A program made the translations under genes and the position numbers. Below, piece after piece: positions 12,166-25,121 of a stretch of 64,000 nt of DNA (position 1 is its first letter; each line of letters begins with the position of its first letter). The notes beneath the pieces are model-generated. The model was not told the origin of the DNA. It did no database searches and saw only the letters and a program-made list of their open reading frames with translations. This stretch comes from Octopus vulgaris (taxonomy: Eukaryota): assembly GCA_951406725.2 (NCBI GenBank), contig OX597839.1, positions 30,690,001 to 30,754,000 on the forward strand, given 5' to 3'.

Positions 12166-12697
12166 GTCTTACTCAAACACACACACCTCCTCTTCCGCCT
12201 CTTCCTCCTCCTTCTCTTCCTCCTCCCTCTCCTCCTCCTCCTGCTGATACATTACGGGATACTTGTGAGAACTTTTACAAATGTGGAATTTCTTTAGTAT
12301 TTTGTTTGGAATCTTGCGGGTTCTTAGTGAACCATAAATCTCAAGAATGTTGTATGGAATGGGTATTTTCAAATCTGCTTAAATTCCTTTTTATGAAGTC
12401 AATTAAAGAATACTATTCAATGCGGACAGTTCTGTTAGTTGCTGCGGTATATAAAATAAATTCTATGTCAGTGAGATGTTGTGAGGTTCTGTACAAGCTT
12501 TATTAGACCAACATTTTTAGGTTGCGGAATCACCGGCGAGACGACCATCCGAGGGCTGTTCGAGTGAGAGGATGCCGCGGCAGCATCAAGTCGACTGTAG
12601 GGGCGATGACCCCCATGTACGAGTATTTTACATGGGCATTGGTCAGTGATAGTTTTCCCCGGTCGCGAGTGGACAGTCATCATCATCATCATCATTT

Positions 12698-12763
<66 letters not shown>

Positions 12764-13957
12764 AATTATATTTAAATATAATCGTGAAGATTCTATTTTG
12801 AATGATGCGATAAATTGAAGAATGAAATTTATTTTCAATTATAACTAGACTTCCTACATGGCATTACCCGGTAAAGTGTTCACGGAATTGTTTGCCATCT
12901 TGTAGAATGGCAATCCATGGTACTTATGCATGTATATTTAACCTAACATCTGGACTCATTTAATTGGAACTATCCAAACAATAATAATCAAGCTTTTTTC
13001 CCATTTTTTTAAAAAACTTTTTTCCTGAAAATCACCTGTTACTTTTGTTTTGAAGTGTGTGTGTGTGTGGGGGGGGGGAGTGAAAGAAGTATGAACGTGT
13101 ATATGAAATGGACGTGAGAGAGAGAGAGAATGTGCCACTTAACATACATGAGAACACATACGTTCACTCACTCATACTCTCTCTCTCTCTCTTTCACACA
13201 CACACGCACACGTACATACAAAAATATTTACGCGTATGTATTAATGTATGTACGTATACATGACAACACACCCCTTCACTCATTGCCTCTCTTTTTTTCT
13301 CTCTCTCTCTCTCACACACACACCATTTCATATACACGTACATCTTTCACTTTCTCCTCTTTTTCACTTCAAAACAAATGTAAATAAAAATATTTTACGG
13401 AAATTAACGAACTCGGGATGAAGAAATCACATTCAGCTAAAAATATTTCTAAATGATTAAAATGCTGTGTATGTCAAAAAGTAGACGGGTTTTTTCCCCT
13501 TTAGAGAGCACAAAGATAATGTGTGTGTATATGTCACAGACAGCGGACGTGTGTTTGTGTTGATTGACACGCCATGACATTCATTATATGTGTGTGTATT
13601 CTGTATGTGTGTTGACGCCACGGAAGCCATGTATTTTTTCTTCAAGACATAACAAAAATTGTGTTTTATCGTTTAAATAGAGGTCCAAATGTTACAAAAA
13701 TTTGTCCTGCCCTGCTGAATGTAAAGAAAAAAAGATAAAATATGCTATTTCTGCGATATTTCAGTTGCATACAAACATCCCTAGGGTTTTAGTATTATTA
13801 AGATGATGTTGATAGTTGATTTTTAATCATAATATTACAGATGTGACAGATCCCTGATAAATTACATAAGATTTTTGTTTCTGGGTCCTAGTTGCTGTTC
13901 CCGATCCGAGTTTTACTTTTATTTGTGTTACTATAGGAGAAATTTGTTCAAATCACG

Positions 13958-14484
13958 ACAAGGTCGAATTTGTTTTCTATCCTGTCGGGGTCGGTAAAGT
14001 AAAACAACAGTAAAGTTCTGGGGTCGACGGTATCGTCAAATCCACTTCCGCTATAATTAATCTCCTTGTTCCAGAACTTGAAACCATTGAAAAAAAAGGT
14101 AGCGAGGTGGCAGAATTGTTAACGCGTCGGACACAATGCTTACGGGCATTTCGTCCGTCTTTATGCTCTGAGTTCAAATTCTACCGAAGTCGATTTCGCC
14201 TTTCATCGTTTCGAGGGGTCGAGCAAATAAGTGACAACTGCGGCACTGGGGTCGAAACTGCCGACTTTGTGTGCCGCAGAGTTGAGGGAGGTGTTAGCAC
14301 GTGGAGCAAAATGCTTAGCGGTTTGTCATCCGTCTCTACGTTCTGAATTCAAATTCTGCCGAGGCTGACTTTGCCTTTCATCCTTTCGGGGTCGATGAAA
14401 TAAGTACCAGTTGAACACTGGGGTCGATACAGTCGACTAATCCCTTTCCTTAAAATTTCGAGCCTTGTGCTTTTAGTAGAAAGG

Positions 14485-14550
<66 letters not shown>
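13958..14550 (+). mobile_element. Tandem cluster of three SINE family 2 copies, ending in (ATT)n
   Basis: Heads at about 14101 and 14291 with B-box-like GAGTTCAAATTC; body GCCTTTCATCCTTTCGGGGTCGAT; degenerate copy at 13958-14090. Confidence 0.85.
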
Positions 14551-16059
14551 TGCAATGTTTCAGCTGAATGGAAATGAGTTAAATGTAAAACTTTGAACCA
14601 TTTTGATTTTTTGAAGTTAAAAAGTAATTATAAAATGGCATTCCTGTTCCTGTTAATATACTTTTGTCATTTTCAATAAACCAACCAACATTTCCTAACG
14701 TAGATGGACCTTAAGAACCCAAATACAAATAACTTTTCCCTAGAATTTCTGTTGATACAATTCCACTGTTGATACAAAACTTCTTCATGTTATAATCAAT
14801 AAATGTATATAACTTTCTGTGTATTCTTTTGTGTCGTGGGAATTCGATTAACAGATGTACATTGTGTATAAGTGTATTATTATATGCATACGTGTTTTAG
14901 TGGGCAGTGTTTGTAGGTCTATACATATACGCCAACCCGCTATATTCGTGTTTGGGTGGAGGATGTTGGCTGATAATACGTGTGAGTGTGTGAACTTCAT
15001 TTACTAAACTCCCACACTGTCTTTTTCTCTAATTTTCCCTCTGTCAGTGATTGTTTTTATCACACAAGATGTAATACACAATCTTCCGCACGCATTTTTC
15101 TTTCCTCTTGCCTTTCTCTTCCTTTGACCATTTACAATCTTTTACCGGAACAACCACACACACACACACACACACACACAGATCGCTAATTTATATAGAG
15201 AGATATAAATGTGTTCCTTTCTGAGCATCCCTAGTGACCACTCCTAATAGCAGTGTCATCGTATTCTTTAACAAGCTGTTTGAATATATAATATTTGTGA
15301 GAAAACAATTTAGTAATAAATATATTTTAATATAGCCATGCATAAACCTAGAAAACGTAAAAAGCAGGTGTAACTTTTTAATAACAATTTTGGATCGATA
15401 AATTATTTAACATATTTGAATATTTCCAATAAATTATTATTATAATGATGATGTGTATAATCCACAATTAAATTCAGTCAAGCAGATCTCTCCCCCTCTC
15501 TCCTTGTCTCCCTCTTCCCCTCTCCACATATACATACACACATGTTCCTAATATATTATGCTTTTGTATAATTGAAAATACGTTGATGCGTCAATTTCTC
15601 TGTCGTTACATTAACAAAATAGCTATCATGGTGTCATTATTTGATAGTAAATACATATACATATATTAAATTTACTAGTTTTCCGCTAATAAGGCTTGGT
15701 ACCATTTGTCTTGCTGCCATATGCGTACATACATACACGCATACGCATACGTACACATACACACAAATATTCACTCATACATTCACACGCACACGTGTTT
15801 ATATCCACAAATAAACAGGAGTGCGAACTCGCTATCGTAAAGGTAAGGCTTAACAGTTAAGTTTGCTTGCGCGCGCGCGCGTGTGCGTGCGTGTGTGTTT
15901 GTGTTTGCTCCGTATGCACCATTTGAACGTGGGCACAGGTTCAGACCAAGAACCTCAAATGGAGGATGCCTGGAATGGTTTGCAAACATTCAATCTCCTT
16001 CGAATCGATTTTGTTTCAGGCCTGCGAATCTATTTACTTTGTTGTCTTTAGGAGAAGCG

Positions 16060-16640
16060 AAACGGCCGTAGGATCTTATGTAAATCTGTTGTTACATAAC
16101 CCATTAGACAAGAAATAGGTACCCAGGATAATCTAAAGTATGTATATAAGAGCTGTGGGTTTCTTCATAGATCTGCTTTTCCCCAACTTTTAATGAAATA
16201 TTCACATCCGCTGGCCACCTGAGCTCAACAAAAGTGCTTGGCATTTGCTCCTTGTCCTTATAGAACGACTGCTGGTCTATTGTACTTACACCGGGTTGAT
16301 GCTTTTATCGGAATATTCCTAATTTTGAAAGATGTAGATGCATTCTGGTTGTGCTGTCACTTTGTATGGCCAAGGAATATCTTAACCTGAGATTAGCTTT
16401 TTAGTTATCTCCAGGAAAGTTAGTATATTAGAGACATTTTGGGGTCTCCGCAAGATATTATCTGCTGCTGATGTAAGCGATATTTGCCACACTGCTATGG
16501 CACAACCGACACTTTCTATCATCTTATGAGAGGTTTACAAACACCTGTGTCTCTCTTGTTCATCGCTATTTCTCGTTCCTGGTTTGCAAAAGTTTCGCCT
16601 TGTAGGCGAGGTGTGATGTATTTATCTGAAGCCCAGGAGT
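16060..16640 (-). mobile_element. Degenerate R4/Dong-type non-LTR retrotransposon 3' region (zinc knuckle and restriction-like endonuclease)
   Basis: Minus strand: FANQEREIA; DDRKCRLCHSSVANIAYISS; NRPAVVL-DKE..FVELRWPADVNISLKVGEK..RNPQLLY..GYVTTDL. Confidence 0.7.
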
Positions 16641-16891
16641 GTGTATGTATGCATGCATATATCTATGTGTTTATGTCTATGTATGTATATGTGTATTGTA
16701 AACATATCTGAGAATATATGTCAACACACACACACACACACACAATACACACAGAATGGTTTGCGATTGCAAAGTTTGTCCTGCTTCCAAATTCCACTGA
16801 CATGGTGGCCTGCTGCTTACTATAAAACCAGCGGTGACTCGTTTTTTGCCTACAAGAACACATGTTGTAATACTTCTACACACACACACGC

Positions 16892-16947
<56 letters not shown>

Positions 16948-17198
16948 ATAATATGGGGAGGAGTTACGGCCACTGAAAAGGCTGCGGATGACAAAGTAAA
17001 ACTTTGACGAACAAAACAACAACAAAAAAACGAAACAAAAGATTGTTTAACAAACAAGTTAAACAAACAATCGATTAGTTGAATAGATATTTAACCAATT
17101 AATTAATAATAATAAAAAGTGGAATTGAACCACCGGTGCGTGGGCTATTATTATTTTCGTAATGACTGTCGAGACAACAAAATATACAATATATATAT

Positions 17199-17570
17199 AA
17201 AAGACGAAGACAGGTGGTGTACAAAACAAACAGATGTATTAGTAGAGCGCTCAGGAATGGAAAAAGTCTTTTACGTTTCGAGCCTACGCTCTTCTATAGA
17301 AAGGGACACAGAAAAAACAAGGAGAGAAAAAATATATATAAATGGAAGAATGAATTATCCTTTGTTTACAGTTAATACAGAAAATTCAATAAACAGTTAC
17401 CAGGGTAGTAAAATTCACGTAAGTAACAAGGATGTAGCGACCTATTCAAAGGTAGAAACTTCGGGTTAATGTGCAGCAATTTGTATAGTATAAGTAAATA
17501 AATGGGGTTAAACGCAGACGTTATTCAAATTGAATAACATCTGCGTTTAACTCCATTTATTTACTTTTAT
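17199..17570 (-). mobile_element. PLE pLTR-like element, family B, with 5' fold-back (17492-17566)
   Basis: AAAGACGAAGACAGGTGGTGTACAAAACAAACAGATGTATTAGT..CGCTCAGGAA..TTACGTTTCGAGCCTACGCTCTTC shared with 17586, 24468, 28484 and 56060. Confidence 0.65.
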
Positions 17571-17585
17571 ATATATATATATATA

Positions 17586-17725
17586 ACGGGAAGGTTTGCG
17601 AAAATAAACAAAAGACGAAGGCAGGTGGAGTACAAACAAACAATTGTATTAGTATGGCGCTCAGGAATAGAAATAAAACAAGTCTTTTACATTTCGAGCC
17701 TACGCTCTTCAACAGAAAGATACAC
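17586..17725 (-). mobile_element. PLE pLTR-like element, family B
   Basis: Near-identical to the reverse complement of part of 56060-56256; hammerhead-like TCTTT-CTGTTGA-A-GAGC-GTAG-GCTC-GAAAT-GTA-AAAGA. Confidence 0.65.
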
Positions 17726-18370
17726 ATATAATACAATAGTCATCCCCATTTGAACATGAATGTTCTGTTGGAACAAACTACACTGCAGTAGATAGTATGA
17801 GAGAAGCTCTCGGATTGGCTTTTCGTGCAAAATGCACTCTTGTTTATATCGCAAGCGGGGAGATAAATCTCCCGCCACCTTTAGCACCAAGACCACTAGA
17901 TTACGTAATTTCGACCTTCCTTGGTTTTGTCAATGATGGGCGCTGGATGGCCTCATCTGCCCACCAGCTATATACAGAATAACAGTGCCAGAACAGGCGC
18001 TAAGGAATAAATGCACAGTGCGCGGCAATGTTACCGATCAGGTTTCGGATCTTATTGTTACTCACATTAAACTCCCAACGCTGCGTGAACCTATGCAGTG
18101 TGAGAAGGGCTGTAACGTAAAACAAAGGGCTCATCAATAATGACAGTAAAAGAACATGGCCTTGGTCTTGGTACTCTTTTATTACATCTATGACATACGT
18201 TTCAATATTTGCCAACGCGTGACACCATAGATGCATCCATAGTGTAATATCACGTGTTGCCGAACACTGAAACATATGTAACAGATACTAGAGAGAAGCA
18301 CCAAATACAAACGCACGTGCTTTTCTCTTAATATATACAAATGCATGGATGGATGGATGGATGGATGGAG

Positions 18371-18735
18371 AGGCGCAGATGTGGCTGTGTAGTGAAAAGC
18401 TTGCTTCCCAACCAGATGGTTCCGGGTTCACCTTGGACAAATGTCTTCTCTACAGCTTCTGGTCGACGGAAACAGAAGGAAACCCAACGCACGCGAAGAG
18501 GTCGTATGTGTGTGTCTTTGTGTCTGTGTTTGTTTCCCACCACCGCTTGGCAACCGGAGCTGGTGTGTTTACGTTCTTGTGACTTAGCCGTTCGGCAAAA
18601 GAGACTGAATAAGTACTGGGCATAAAAAAAAACAACAGCATGTCCTGGGTTCGGTTCATTTGTCTTCAAAATTCTTCAAGATGGTGCCCCAGCATGGTCG
18701 CAGTCTGAATACTATAACAAGTAAAAGGTAAAGGA
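18371..18735 (+). mobile_element. SINE family 1, degenerate
   Basis: GTGGCTGTGTAGTGAAAAGCTTGCTTCCCAACCAGATGGTTCCGGGTTCA... Confidence 0.85.
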
Positions 18736-18791
18736 TAGAAACGTATCAATGCATGTGGATTATGTGTCATCATACATAAAAAAAAGACAGA

Positions 18792-18949
18792 CGGGCAAGG
18801 CTGTGGGGTAAGAAGCTCGCTTCCCAACCTCATGGTTCCGGGTTCAGTTCCACTGCGTGACACCTCGAGCAAGTGTCTTGTACTATAGCTTCGGGCCGAC
18901 TAAAGTCTTGTGAGTGGATTCGGTAGACGGAAACCGAAAGAAGCATGTC

Positions 18950-19005
<56 letters not shown>

Positions 19006-19218
19006 TTGTGTGTCTGTGTTTGTCCACCCCACTATCGCTTGACAACCGATGTTGGTGAGTTTACGTCCCCGTAACCTAGTGGTTCGGCAAAAGAGTCCAA
19101 TAGAATAAAGTACTAGGCTTACAAAGAATAAGTCCTGGGGTCGATTTGTTCGACTAAAGGCGGTGCTCCAGCATGACCGCAGTCAAATGACTGAAACAAG
19201 TAAAAGAATAAAAAGAAT
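18792..19218 (+). mobile_element. SINE family 1, full length with internal (TA)n
   Basis: Head, internal microsatellite at 18952-19010 and 3' module ending GACTGAAACAAGTAAAAGAATAAAAGAAT. Confidence 0.92.
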
Positions 19219-20667
19219 TAACTTCAAAACACGTTAATTAAACTCGACTCAGAATAGTTTCTTGCGGAGGGAAACTAGGAGACTTCGAAGTCACTATCAA
19301 CCTTTTCTTTTACGGCCCCTGGTTGGTTTCCGGATATCAAATTCCGCTGACAATGTATTTGTTACGTCGAGGAAAGACTTGTGCAGTGTTCCGCAGTGGA
19401 ATCGAACCACGAACTACATGGTTACGAAGAGAACGTTTCGACTGCACGGCCATGTTTATTTATGGAAATAATAGCGGGAAAGAGTTGGAAGGGGAGAGGG
19501 GAAAAAAGGGAATAAAGAGGAGCGGGCAGAGGAGAGAAAGATAGATTAAGGGTAGCAATATATGTGTGGGGGTGTATGCATAACATACACAGACATAAAT
19601 GCATACATACAGACAAACAGACGTACATATACACATACACACACACTGGAGAAAAGGCAGGGATGATGTTAGGCTTCAGACCAACGCTGATCCTTCCGGC
19701 TGTCTTTTTAGGGGTGTGTATCATTCCATTATTTAATAGCCTATCCTTGTGTAAGGGGACTATACTTATTTAAGGGCCCTTATTTTATTTAAGGGTCCAA
19801 TGTGTAGTTTGAGGGGAGATGTTGTTACTATTTCTAACAGGTCAAGGGACATCGTAGAGGTTTCCTGGTGGAAGAAAATAGATATAGAAGAGGAGGAGGA
19901 AAGAACGATAAGAGAGAGAGAGAGGGAGAGAGAAGGAAGAGGGGAAAGAGAGAGAAAAAAAGGAATGGGAAGGCAGTAGTAGTAGTAGGAGGAGGATAGG
20001 AGAAAAGAAAAAAGAGGAGGAGGAAGGATAAGAGGAGAGAGAGAGAAGTAGGCGGGGCAAGTAACGATTAGAAGTTAGATGGGAGAAGAAGGTGATATGT
20101 GATAAAGGAAGTGCGAGAAGAAAAAGAGAAGGTGAAAGGAAGAGTAGTGAGACTATAGAGAATTTGGTGAGAGGAGGAGGAGGAGGTGACTGTGTTGGTC
20201 GTGGTTGAGTCGGTGATGGAACAAGAGGTCAGCGGTTCGATTCCTGGGCATCAACCGTTAATCCATTTCCCTTCATTTCAGACTTGAAACTTCTGTGGGA
20301 AATGCATGAATATCACTACATCAAATTGTTGTTACATAGTTCCATGTCAGCGGTATATTCGCAGATTTATGCTTAAAACATTCCAACCGTGACCATCTAA
20401 TCTATTCCAGGGATAGTGTATCTAGGACTACATTGTTCAATGAATTTCTTTTCTTTTTTTTTTTCCGAAAGTAGAAGGTTACTCGTTTGCTCGAGTTGGT
20501 ACCAGTTACACGTTGGGGTCTGTATTTGATAGATAATGTGGTGTGGATGCAGGAAATAATATTGGGGGAAGAAGAGAAGATGAAAGTAGAAATAGAACGA
20601 GTGTATAAGACTGTAAGTCTATAATAGACTGACATGGATGGAGGGGCAGACATACGTGGAAACATAT

Positions 20668-20855
20668 TCTTTTATTTGATTCAGTCATTTGACTGGCCAG
20701 GCTGGAGCACCGCTTTTAGTCGAACGAATCGACCCCAGGACTTATTCTTTGTAAGCCTACTACTTATTCTATCGATCTCTTTTGCTGAACCGCTAGCTTA
20801 CGGTGACGTAAACACACCACATCGGTTGTCAAGCGATGGTGGGGGGGGGACAAAC
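20668..20855 (-). mobile_element. SINE family 1, 3' module only
   Basis: Matches 19020-19210 in reverse complement. Confidence 0.85.
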
Positions 20856-21117
20856 ACACACACACACTCTCTCTCTCTCTCTTACTTGTCTTCGTTATTG
20901 GAATGTGGCCATTCTGGGGTCCTGCCGCCAGTCAAATCGATCCCCAGTACTTATTTTTCTGTTTTAAGTCTGTTACTTCTTCCGTCGGTCCCTTTTTATT
21001 TTATTTTGCTAAATTGCGAGGACGGAAACAAACGAACACTTGTCGTCATGCGGTGACACAATCTCACCGACTTACATCATAGCAAACAAGAATCGTCTGG
21101 CACGGACACTGGAACTG

Positions 21118-21403
21118 TCAGCGTATTGCGTTTGTTCAGTTAAAGGTTTCCGGTCAGCGAACACCAACCAAATCCCGCTGCCAACGTTATATGGAATAAC
21201 GGGGTCTTTTTTGTCATAGATGGCGCAAATAACCAACTGGCTTATTAAAAAATAAATATTAGTACCGGAAGCTGTATTAACACCAAAAAGCATTACGATA
21301 TCTGTGACTGAAGAGACACCGTTATTCTACATATCGTTGGCAGCGAGATTTGGATGGTATGCGGTGGCCGGACGCCTACCACTGAAGAAGCGCAGTACGC
21401 TGA
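21118..21403. repeat. Ungapped 104-bp inverted repeat (82/104 identical) with a 78-bp spacer
   Basis: Arm 21118-21221 aligns to the reverse complement of 21300-21403 with no indels and 22 substitutions (hand count). Confidence 0.92.
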
Positions 21404-22336
21404 AATCATGTAATCTGGCATTTCCGGCGCCTATTTCAGATGCATTTATGCACCATGTGTCTATATGAGAGGACGTCTCAATGCGAATACTGCAGTATTC
21501 GGCGTTCTAACAGTACATCCACCTGAAGTCAGGTCTAAAGAGTGCAATTTGACAAAACAGAACCGGTAGAGCACCGGAACTCGTCACGTTAATTTACATT
21601 TCGAGTTCAAATTACGTCCCTGGCCAGCTTGGGCCTGCTATCGATCCAATGTCAATAAAATAAAATACCAGTCATTCCCAGAGTACTGGTCCTTTCCCAG
21701 CTGAAGGAATCCATTCCTGTCTCTCGACTCCCCCACCCAGCACCATCTGTTTTGTCCCTTGATTCTAGGATTTGCTTTACTCACTCCACTGGTCCTGCGG
21801 GAGTGGTGAGGGTGCATTTTAGGGATCGTGACAGAATTTGACTCAAAACTCCGAGAGCTATCTGCTCCCATATTATTACAGAAAGGTTGACCCACTTTTT
21901 AATTGATCTCAATGGAATTTGAACTTAGGAAGCAGAGAGAACAAACACTGCTAGGTATTCTGTCCGATGCTCTACCGACTCTGCTAGTTCTCCATGTTGG
22001 GTTGATTTGATTGACTCAGGCCCATATCCTTCCCAGGATATGGTGAAAGTGTGTGACCTTTCACCTTCGACCTCCTCCTTTCTGGAATGGAGGAGACGAA
22101 ACTGAAAACTGGAAAGTTGTTTAACCTTAGGCCACTTCTTGTTGAACAAACTTATGATGAAGAGCACTCTATCCATGACCACTCCGTCTTGTTTTCATAA
22201 GCCTCAACTATTTAAAGTACCTTGTATAATATTGTAGACTGTACTGCCTTATGACTGTGAGGCTGCTATTTCTAGCAGTCTGACTCACTACGGTTCCCAA
22301 GATTTATGTGTCTGTCCTACTCCTCTAGAAATGGAA

Positions 22337-22652
22337 CTCCGTCGGTTACGACGATGAGGGTTCCAGCTGATCCGATCAACAGAACAGCCTGCGCGTGAAA
22401 TTAACGTGCAAATGGCTGAGCACTCCATAAACACACGTGTACCCTTAATGTAGTTCTCAGGGAGATTCAGCGTGACATAGAATGTGACAAGGCTGGTCCC
22501 TTTGAATTACTGGTACTATTCATTTTTGCCAGCTGAGTGGACTGGGGCAACGTGAAATAAAGTGCCTTGCTCAAGGCCACAACCCATCGTCAGAAATTGA
22601 ACTCACGACCCTACGATTGTGAGCCGAATGCCCTAGCCACTATGCCATAAGC
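22337..22652 (-). mobile_element. SINE family 3 (tRNA-headed), full length
   Basis: Minus-strand head TGGCATAGTGGCTAGGGCATTCGGCTCACAATCGTAGGGTCGTGAGTTCAATT; body shared with 43926-44201. Confidence 0.88.
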
Positions 22653-22689
22653 CGATCCCCTCTAAAGCACGAGAAAACCCCTTTTTGAC

Positions 22690-22890
22690 CCCGCCTGACC
22701 TGTTAGAAACAACTGCTAGCATTCAATTCATATCATACCGTCTTACATAATGATGAAGAACACGTGGATCTCTGTAAGCCTGGACAGACAAAAAACGAAG
22801 AGGTCTTAGTTGGAGAGCCTTTGATCAGGCGTCTGCTTGAGCGAAATTGATTGGGGCTAAAGACCAACAACAACAACAGCAACAACAATG
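22690..22890 (+). mobile_element. Degenerate SINE-like repeat ending in (CAA)n
   Basis: GACCTGTTAGAAA..GCCTTTGATCA..GGGGCTAAAGACCAACAACAAC; related CTATTTCTAACAGGTC segment at about 19825-19845 in the opposite orientation. Confidence 0.45.
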
Positions 22891-23576
22891 GAAAGAAGTT
22901 GGATGAATGGGTTTTAGAAGTGGGCCCTGGAAGTGTGAGAGATTGGTGAAGAAGTAGATTAAAGGATCGATAGAGGGATGGATTGGCAGATGGAGAAATG
23001 GTAATACATGTTTGGAGGGAGAATTAGATAGAAATAGTGAGAGTAAATGAGAGAGAGAGAGAGAGAGAAGGAGAGATAGCAGGGGATAGAGTGAGTGAGA
23101 GAGGTGGGGGTGATAAACATGGTAAAAAAGATGAAGAGAAAGAAAGGGTGTGATGTGTGAGGGAGAGAAGGAAAAGGGAGTGGAAGAAAGAGCAAGCGAA
23201 AGAGGGAGTGTTTGAAAGGAAGAGTGAGAGAGAGTGAAAAGAATGGAGAGTATGTATTTGTGTGGGTGTGTGTATATATGTTATATTGTTAATATGTGTG
23301 TGTATTTAAGTATGAATGTGTGCAAAACTGTGGTTGTATGAATGTGTCTAAGAATGTGTATGTGTACGGAATAAAAACGTTCTTGATGGAGGAAAGGCAA
23401 AAGGGAGAGGAAAGAAAAATGGAGAGAGGAAGAGAGACAGGGAGACAAACAGCCAGACCTACACACACACACACACACACACCCCTAGCATCTGATGAGA
23501 TGGACGGTCCCTGCGCGTCCACGAAACTTGAACTTATGTGAGACTGAATCAAACTTTAATATATATGTATATATAT

Positions 23577-23767
23577 TCTTTTATTCTTTTATTTGTTTCA
23601 GTTATTTGACTGCGGCCATGCTGCAGCAACGCCTTTATTCGAACAAATCCACCCCAGGATTTATTCTTTGTAAGCTTAGTACTCATTATGCCTAACCGCT
23701 AAGTTACGAGGACGTAAACACACCAACATCGGTTGTCGAGCGATGGTGGGGGACAGACACAGAAACA
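23577..23767 (-). mobile_element. SINE family 1, 3' module only
   Basis: Reverse complement of the family 1 3' module. Confidence 0.85.
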
Positions 23768-23772
23768 CATAC

Positions 23773-23803
<31 letters not shown>

Positions 23804-23870
23804 TATATACACACACATACACACACACATATATATATACATACATATATACATACACATACATATATAC

Positions 23871-23922
<52 letters not shown>

Positions 23923-24253
23923 TATATATGTAATGTAGATGTGTAAGAATAGATTCACTGTTCGTCCTAGCAACCTATTTCTCTGCCAGGGCTTCTCCTC
24001 CGTAAACCCTGTTCAGAAGCCAGGATCAGGGCTGAACACTTCCTCAACAAATGTTATATTTTATTCCCTAATCAATATCCAGCCTTTTAGTCACTCCACG
24101 TTTAATGTCCTCACCTACAGACAGGACTGCTTCGCTGTAAAACAAGGGAGCATGCCCGCACGCGCCTGTATATGTGTGTGTGTGTGTGAATATGGCTGTA
24201 TAAAGATGCTTATAAATGTTCATATATGTACATATATATATGTAAATGTGTGT

Positions 24254-24306
<53 letters not shown>

Positions 24307-24401
24307 ATATATATATATATATGCAGTTTTGTTTATAATATATATGTGTATGTATGTATGTGTACGTATATATGTGTATATATACATATGTATGTATATA
24401 T

Positions 24402-24467
<66 letters not shown>

Positions 24468-24471
<4 letters not shown>

Positions 24472-24568
24472 AGAGTTTATGAAAAAAACAGAAGACGAAG
24501 ACAGGTGGTGTACAAAACAAACAGATGTATTATAGTATAACGCTCAGGAATAGAAAAAGTCTTTTACG

Positions 24569-24571
<3 letters not shown>
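24468..24571 (-). mobile_element. PLE pLTR-like family B fragment inside (TA)n
   Basis: GGGAGAGTTTATGAAAAAAACAGAAGACGAAGACAGGTGGTG...TTTTACGTT, flanked by TA tracts on both sides. Confidence 0.65.
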
Positions 24572-24600
<29 letters not shown>

Positions 24601-24821
24601 ATGTATGTATATATATATATTGTATGTATGTAGGTAGGTATGTATGTATGACTGCGGCTTAAAAGTTAAAGTTCAGCGTGTCGACGCGATCGCACCGAAT
24701 CCTACAAGTTGTCTTCTCTATCCGATATCTTCCACAACCAGACCCCGCTTCATCAATAACTTATAATTGGAATGTGGTGGACGGAAACTGTTCTGAATCT
24801 TGACGCATATAAATTTGCATG

Positions 24822-24906
<85 letters not shown>

Positions 24907-25076
24907 ATATATATATGTTTATATATAAGTTTATATATTTAAGCGTTTAGCAGAGCCCCACCAGTTAATAAAACATGACCGGTGTTGTGACAAAACGGTC
25001 CATTAGTCATTTGGTTAAAACTATATAGGACGATGTGATAAATATTTATGACTGGGTCTCTGCATTAAGCTATTTG

Positions 25077-25121
<45 letters not shown>

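Noticed and set aside
19880-20190. Purine-rich block with a Ser/Leu-rich antisense ORF
   Set aside because: Low-complexity GA tract
21072-21293. 73-aa ORF overlapping the inverted repeat; DGR-like TR/VR pair
   Set aside because: The other arm has a stop in that frame; substitutions are not adenine-restricted, the repeat is inverted and no DGR RT is present
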